From Octopus vulgaris (Eukaryota), in NCBI GenBank assembly GCA_951406725.2, contig OX597814.1, forward strand, positions 196,168,001 through 196,232,000: 64,000 nucleotides of DNA. Reading direction: 5' to 3'. This document shows positions 56,362 through 64,000 of the stretch, piece after piece (the stretch's first letter is position 1; each line of letters starts with the position of its first letter). Both the position numbers and the translations under genes were made by a program. The notes under the pieces were generated by a model. It was given only the letters and a program-made list of their open reading frames with translations, had not been told where the DNA came from and did no database searches.

Positions 56362-56656
56362 AATAATAATAATAATAATAATAATAATATTAATAATAAT
56401 AATATCGAAAATACCTTAGGAATGTGAACCCAGTTTTCAAAATTTCCCAAAGACACCTGATGAAAGCTGGTGGATGTATTAGCCAAAACGTTGTGTTAAC
56501 AACAAACAAGAAGCGGACAAATATCCACCGTATGTAAATAATGTAAATAATGTACATTAATGTACACAATTCCTCTTAAATATAGAAAAAAAAGAGCATC
56601 CTTACAGGAATTTATCATGAAAACCGGAAAGTGAATATGTATATTTTTGTAAGTGT

Positions 56657-56700
56657 GCAGCTACCGGTTTCGCTCGTTTAGTACGACCTCTTCATGCTGT
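56657..56700 (-). ncRNA. Minimal hammerhead motif (C3->A)
   Basis: Minus strand CAGC-ATGAAGA-GGTCGT-ACTAA-ACGAGC-GAAA-CCGG-TA-GCTG. Confidence 0.6.
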
Positions 56701-56944
56701 AATAAAATGGCAAAACAGAAGAATTAAAGTATAGATAACATAGTATCAGTTCTGGACGCCCTCATATATTTCTCATAAAAATTACATATTGCTTTATTTC
56801 GTGTCCTCCTAGTTGTTGCCAATTGGTAGTGTTGGCCGGTTTATAAAACTGGTTGTAATTATATCTGTTGGTGGTGGTAGAAAGGACAGGAGCATTAGCC
56901 GCGCTATTGTTATTGCTGGTTAGCTATCTCCCTCCCATTTTTAA

Positions 56945-57870
56945 TATCATTATAAAGAAAGTCAAACGCCAAGTAGAGATGGACATTTTCTTTAAACGTA
57001 CGGACTTCCTTTCAATTCAAGCCATCCGATGCATAGCAGAATGAATATCATTTAAAACTTAACCAGATGTATATGTACAATATTGTCTGATACAAACGTC
57101 CGTTACATAAGTCTCAATGAATTCCATGGCAAGAATTACACATTAACCTTAATCGATAACAGAATTCAACGATCCTAGAAATACAGTGTCCAGGAACTTA
57201 GGTAACAAAAAGGTAAATGGAAATTGAAGATCCTCACATACAGCTCCTCCTACAATCCTCAAAACAATGAGGTCTACAACATTATATCCCACAACATACC
57301 GCTACTGAAAATGGATCCTAGGATGAGCCAAATATTCCAGATACACACCATCATGAAGAGTAAATGACAAATCAAAATCAATGAGTAAATAATAACTCAG
57401 CCCAATTCCACACAATACTAACGAAACCAACAATAAAAATGCGGATGATCCATTTGTGGTATGTTTCAATCTGACAAAGGAATCAGAGATCCGTTTCAAA
57501 TATTTACAATAAAAAATAATTTCTCCCGTACAACTGAAAATATAATTTATGTAATAACACGCTGAAGATGTTGTGAATATTACATAAGACAAACAAAAAC
57601 ATCTTACGTCTACGGATGAACTTGCAAGGATCGCAACTTAAAATACGACTCAATGAACATATAGACACGTGTGATTATAACAAAGTACCAAATTTAAGAT
57701 TTTTTTCTCAATACATTTGATGATAATACAATTCAAAGCTAACACAATAACAAAGCAATATTATTCATTATCAAATACTAACCACGTCTTAATTCCTGTA
57801 GCAGAGTAAGAAAAGCAATGTTTGACGATGGGTTAAGGTCCGAAACTTCGAAACTACTGTCAGCAATATT
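56945..57870 (+). mobile_element. Decayed Penelope-like element (RT thumb + GIY-YIG endonuclease)
   Basis: VEMDIFFKRTD, LPFNSSHPMH..NII*NLTRCICTILSD, NIIYVITR*RCCEYYIRQT (GIY-YIG-like); hammerhead-like remnant at ~57821-57850. Confidence 0.75.
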
Positions 57871-58030
57871 CTTGTTTAAGAATAATACATTTGGTACTCT
57901 ACGAAATTATCGAGTAACCCATCAGATTAACGTAAAACTGTTTTTATTATAAACATAAAACCAATGACTAATATGTGTGTATGTGTGTGCGTTTTTTGAG
58001 TGTGAAGTAAAACCAACCACTTTTATATAC

Positions 58031-58432
58031 TCTCTTTACTCTTTACTCTTTTATTTGTTTCAGTCATTTGACTGCGGCCATGCAGGAGCACCGCCTTTAG
58101 TCGAGCAAATCGACCCCAGGACTTATTCTTTGGAAGTCTAGTACTTATTCTATCAGACTCTTTTGCCGAACCGCTAAGTTGCGGGGATGTAAGCTCACCA
58201 GCATCGGTTGTTTTGCGATGTTGGGGAACAAACAAAGACACACAAACATATACACATATACACATATATATATACATATACGACAGGCTTCCTTCAGTTT
58301 CCGTCTACCAAATCCACTCACAAGCCTTTAGTCGGCCCGAGGCGACAGAAGAAGACACTTGCCCAAGTTGCCACGCAGTGGGAATGAACCCGGAACCATG
58401 AGATTGGTAAGCAAGCTACTTACCACACAGGC
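58031..58432 (-). mobile_element. SINE family B
   Basis: Family match. Confidence 0.85.
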
Positions 58433-58486
58433 ACTCTATGTATATTCATATGTATATTCATATATATTTATGTGTGTGTATTCCAT

Positions 58487-58550
<64 letters not shown>

Positions 58551-58642
58551 CGGGAAGCTTTATGAAAATTAACAAAAGACGAAGGCAGGTGGAATACAAA
58601 CAAATGTATTAGTATGGCGTTCAGGAATATAAATAAAACAAG

Positions 58643-58680
58643 TCTTTTACGTTTCGAGCTTGCGCTCTTCAACAGAAAGA
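58643..58680 (-). ncRNA. Minimal hammerhead motif, family H1, best-preserved copy (core CUGUUGA)
   Basis: Minus strand TCTTT-CTGTTGA-A-GAGC-GCAA-GCTC-GAAA-CG-TA-AAAGA; helices I and II fully paired. Confidence 0.65.
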
Positions 58681-59529
58681 TACACAGAAAAGAAACACGG
58701 AGGGAAACAAGGAGAGAAAAAATGCGTGCAGAAGCTAGCGAATCAACATGGCGATATATGTATATATATATGCCCAAGTTGCCACGGAGTGGGAATGAAC
58801 CCGGAACCATGTGGTTGGTAAGCAAGCTACTTACCACACAGCCATATCTTATATATTATATATATCTTCGGATTAGGTTCACGTAAATTATTTAGTTGTT
58901 ATCTGTTTTATCAGTCCATGAGAAAGAAGAAACGAATTTCACTCCAGGAGATAGCGAAGAAAGAAGTGAGTGAAAAACTTCAAGGAATGCCTCAAAATAT
59001 TTTATCTTCTGATTTCCTCATTTTATCATGCACGAGCTTTGATGTCTGATTAACAATAATATAGGAATATTAAAAGACAAATGGAAAGAGTAAACAAGAA
59101 ATTTGGCGTGTGTGTGTGTGTATGCAAGTGTGTGCATGTGTATGTAATTGTGTGTGTGTGTGTAAGTGTGTGTGTGTAAGTGTGTGTGTGTGGGGTAATT
59201 ACAGTCGCTTTGAAGACAACAAATTTGATATAATAGGAAATTGTGATGATTCATTTGAGAATAACAAATATGGCAATGTATATATATATAAGTATGTATG
59301 TCTGTACGTATGTATGTATGTATGTATGTATGTATACACGCACACGGACAATTACACACACACACACTCACACATACATGCATATATATAAATAATGTGT
59401 CTAGCATACAGATAATAACTGTTATGTATGTTATGACTGATATACATTAAATTATTGTATATATGATATATCATGTATATATGTTCTATTGTGTATATAT
59501 GTAGTATACTTCATATATGTGGTGTATTC

Positions 59530-59589
<60 letters not shown>

Positions 59590-59912
59590 ATATGTATATA
59601 TATATGGAAAATGAAAGATGGAAGATGGAAGATACGGAAATTTTTATTAATCACAAGAATTGCTTCAGCACATCTAGAGTCGATCCCTCACGGGTGGGAT
59701 ACTTAACAGATGGTTCAGGAGCATCCTGACGGTGCAGATGTGTCTCTTAGGGTGATAAATAGATATAACTCGTTGAGATAACAATTCCACAATGTATCTT
59801 CTCATTTCGTGTAAAGAAAATAAAGTAGCAAATTAAGGATATAACTTCATTTATATAGAACATCATAAATACAAATTTAGATGCAAAAAAGGAAAAAGAA
59901 ACGAACCCGCAA

Positions 59913-59999
<87 letters not shown>

Positions 60000-60044
60000 C
60001 ATCCATCCATCCATCCATCCATCCATCCATCCATCCATCCATCC

Positions 60045-60096
<52 letters not shown>

Positions 60097-60142
60097 GTAT
60101 ATTGTGTCTGGTATACACGGTATATCTGACATATACTTGTGT

Positions 60143-60179
<37 letters not shown>

Positions 60180-61033
60180 GCTTTAAGTTATATTTTTGGC
60201 ATACATATGTCTTGAATATATATCTTGAATATGTCAGTGTGACACATATATCGGTTCGCTTGATTTTTCGATCTATCAATTGAAACTTGGGTAGCTAATG
60301 CTCATCATTCACAATATGCGGTGAAATCAAACGATACGGTTGAGACATCCTCCGGTACTGGCAATAATTTCATTAGCAGATATAGTAGTCTGTGGTTTTT
60401 ATTACATAAATATATATATATATATACTAACAATATAGGATGAAGCCCCTTTCTCTACAGAAAAGAATTCCATCAAGAAGCGTGGCAGTATATAAAAAAA
60501 AACATACTTATATATCATTTTAGAAAAACATAAATCTGGAGATGAAGTAGAACAGTCTATGTTTCTTCCGGGTGACTGTTGGTTTATGGGGTTACCCAGG
60601 GTTTCCTCTCCATAAAAGGTTTAACTTTATGGCGTATCGTTAGACCCGAAGACCTGTTGGCCTCTGACGTCTTTAAAATATCGAAGGGAAAAGTCTGTAT
60701 TATCTCCCTTCGCTAATGGCTATCAACGTCCGGTTTTACTGCCATCGTTCAGCTACGAAGGTAAAGATAAGAGGATCATCTCCCTCTCCCGTTAGGTATC
60801 AACTTCCAGCGGTTCCCAATAGGCCAGCAGAAATCTCCTAAAATGCAAACATGGTCCGAAAAAATATCTATGTGTATGTATGTATGTATGTATGTATGTA
60901 TGTTTATGTATGTATGTATGTATGTATGTATGTTTGTGTGTATGATTGTGTTTGTCCTCCACTGCTGTTTTACAATGGGTGGTGTTTTGGCTAGCGTTTT
61001 GTCAAACGATATCGATAAAAAAATTACCATATA

Positions 61034-61198
61034 GACGCAGGGGTGGCCGTGTGGTAAGTAGCTTGTTTACCAACCACATGGTTCCGGGTTCAGTCCCACT
61101 GCGTGGCACCTTGGGCAAGTGTCTTCTACTATAGCCTCGGGCCGACCAAAGCCTTGTGAGTGGATTTGGTAGACGGAAACTGAAAGAAGCCCGTCGTA

Positions 61199-61266
<68 letters not shown>

Positions 61267-61480
61267 GTGTGTGTGTGTTTGTGTGTCTGTGTTTGACCCC
61301 CTAGCATTGCTTGACAACCGATACTGGTGTCTTTATGTCCCCGTCACTTAGCGGTTCGGCAAAAAGTGACCGATAGAATAAGTACTGGGCTTTCAAAGAA
61401 TAAGTCCCGGGGTCGAGTTGCTCGATTAAAGGCAGTGCTGCTGCATGGCCGCAGTCAAATGACTGAAACAAGTAAAAGAG
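61034..61480 (+). mobile_element. SINE family B, full length
   Basis: Family match. Confidence 0.9.
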
Positions 61481-62138
61481 TATACTTAAAAAAAGTATCG
61501 AGGCTAAAATATTTTCGACTAATGCTTTCAAAGCGGTGACCCATGCATTGCGATAAACCAGTGACTGAAATCGAGTAACACACACAAACACACGCGCATG
61601 CGTGCGCGCAAACACATTTTTTTGTAAGAAATAAAATGTTAAAAGCCATTCTAGGAATGTTCTAGGTTTTCTACAAAATCGATAAGTCCATGAAGATTCA
61701 TTTTATGTTATTACTAGTAGCCAATTATTTGGTGAAAGATAAGTAATCTTGGTTTATTGTCATCGAGCATAAAAGGCTCCTACTTTCTATTTCAATCAAG
61801 AAAATATAAAAAGCTTGTCGGAAGGAGAGAGGAGTTCGGAAAATGAAACCGTAATTGCGGTGATTGTATTACAGAAAAATCATATAACCCCAATAATAGA
61901 TTTTGAACTCACTAATTTTAGAATTTGATATGAAGGGCTAAGATTAAACAAATGCTCTTAGTTCTGTGGACACTTGTCTCTGTAAATCCACAAACACACA
62001 TAGACACAGAAACGGGCTCCCCGCCTCAGATGGAAGATATTAATGAAGGGTTACAGGTGTGGATGTATGTATTCATACACACGCGGTCACGCAATCCACG
62101 CACGCACATATATATAAGTATGTGATCATACATTTATA

Positions 62139-62301
62139 GGCGTAGGAGTGGCTGTGTGGTAAGTAGCTTGCTTACGAACCACAAGGTTCCGGGTTCAGTC
62201 CAACTGCGTGGAACCTTGGGCAAGTGTCTTCTACTATAGCCTCGGGCCGACCAAAGCCTTGTGAATGGATTTGGTAGACGGAAACTGAATGAAGCCCGTT
62301 G

Positions 62302-62333
<32 letters not shown>

Positions 62334-62525
62334 TGTATGTATGTATGTGTGCGTTTGTGTGTCTGTGTTTGTACCCCCAACATTGCTTGACAGCCGATGC
62401 AAGTGTGTTTACGTCCCCGTAACTTAGCAGTTCGGTAAAAGAGTCCGATAGATTAAGTACTAGGCTCGACTAAAGGTGATGCTCCAGCATTGCCACAGTA
62501 AAATGATTGAAACAAGTAAAAGAGA
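62139..62525 (+). mobile_element. SINE family B
   Basis: Family match. Confidence 0.88.
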
Positions 62526-62584
<59 letters not shown>

Positions 62585-62622
62585 GAACAACCGCGCTCGC
62601 GCACGTGTTTATGTATGCGTAT

Positions 62623-63030
62623 AGGCGCAGGAGTGGCTGTGTGGTAAGAGATTGTTTGGCAACTACGTTTCCGGTTTCAGTCCCTCTACGTAAGAGGGAT
62701 TATATCCTCGGATCAACCAAAGCTAAGTGGGTAGATTTCGTAGACGGGAGCTGGAAGAAGCCCGTTGTACACACACACACACACACACGCTCACATATGT
62801 TTGTTCGAGTATGTGTGTCTTCCTGTCTGTATTTGTCTCCCTCACCACTGTTACACAACTAGTACTGGTGTATTGCTTTCCTCATAACTTAGAAATTCGG
62901 AAATAGGAACCGATAAAATAAGTAGCACTCTTAGCCAAAAATAAGAGCTGGTGACGATGCATTGAACTCGAAATTCCTCAAGGTGGTATCTCAGGATGGC
63001 TGTAGTCTAATGACTGAAAAACGTAAAAGA
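62623..63030 (+). mobile_element. SINE family B (old)
   Basis: Family match, more diverged. Confidence 0.75.
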
Positions 63031-63041
63031 AACACGACAGA

Positions 63042-63570
<529 letters not shown>

Positions 63571-63654
63571 TATATATATATATAATATTAGGGAATATGA
63601 TTCCAAACTTACAAGATTCCTAATTATATACTATTTATTTATAATTTTGTATAT

Positions 63655-63713
<59 letters not shown>

Positions 63714-63777
63714 TACACATATATACACACACATACATCTCACACTCTATCTCTCAGTCACTCTCCCTTTCTTTTTC

Positions 63778-63822
<45 letters not shown>

Positions 63823-64000
63823 TAGATTTGAATTTTATGTATATCTATCTATATATCCATCTGTCTATCCGTCTATCCATCTACTTATCTATCTATATAT
63901 TATTCTGTCTGTCTGTCTATATACATATGCATATAAATCTGAATGACATATGTAGGTTGGTGAGAATTTCTGTACGCATGCGTGTACATGACAGACAAAT

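Overview
Eukaryotic, AT-rich, extremely repeat-dense DNA. The microsatellite load and the tRNA-SINE families suggest a coleoid cephalopod (Octopus-like) genome; this is an inference. Almost all ORFs in the supplied track are microsatellite or SINE artefacts. Real content: (1) a near-intact, apparently full-length RLE-clade (R4/Dong-like) non-LTR retrotransposon at ~15024-19628, embedded in (TAA)n, about 1293 aa once a single missing A is restored, plus three truncated RLE-LINE 3' ends; (2) a covarying 3'UTR stem-loop shared by these divergent LINEs; (3) about a dozen minimal hammerhead-ribozyme motifs with palindromic helix III, mostly in Penelope-like fold-back remnants next to (TA)n. These include one family with a consistently non-canonical core, one with a very long helix II, a tRNA-head/(TAA)n/hammerhead SINE-like element, and a canonical GUC hammerhead directly upstream of a truncated RLE LINE; (4) a decayed Penelope RT/GIY-YIG ORF, CR1 and RTE fragments, a mariner deletion derivative, Tigger-like MITE ends, a 5S rRNA pseudogene and dozens of modular SINEs; (5) two or three phase-compatible candidate exons of an unidentified host gene on the + strand (312-421, 6959-7082, possibly 11748-11864). 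All structures were derived by eye, and element boundaries are approximate.
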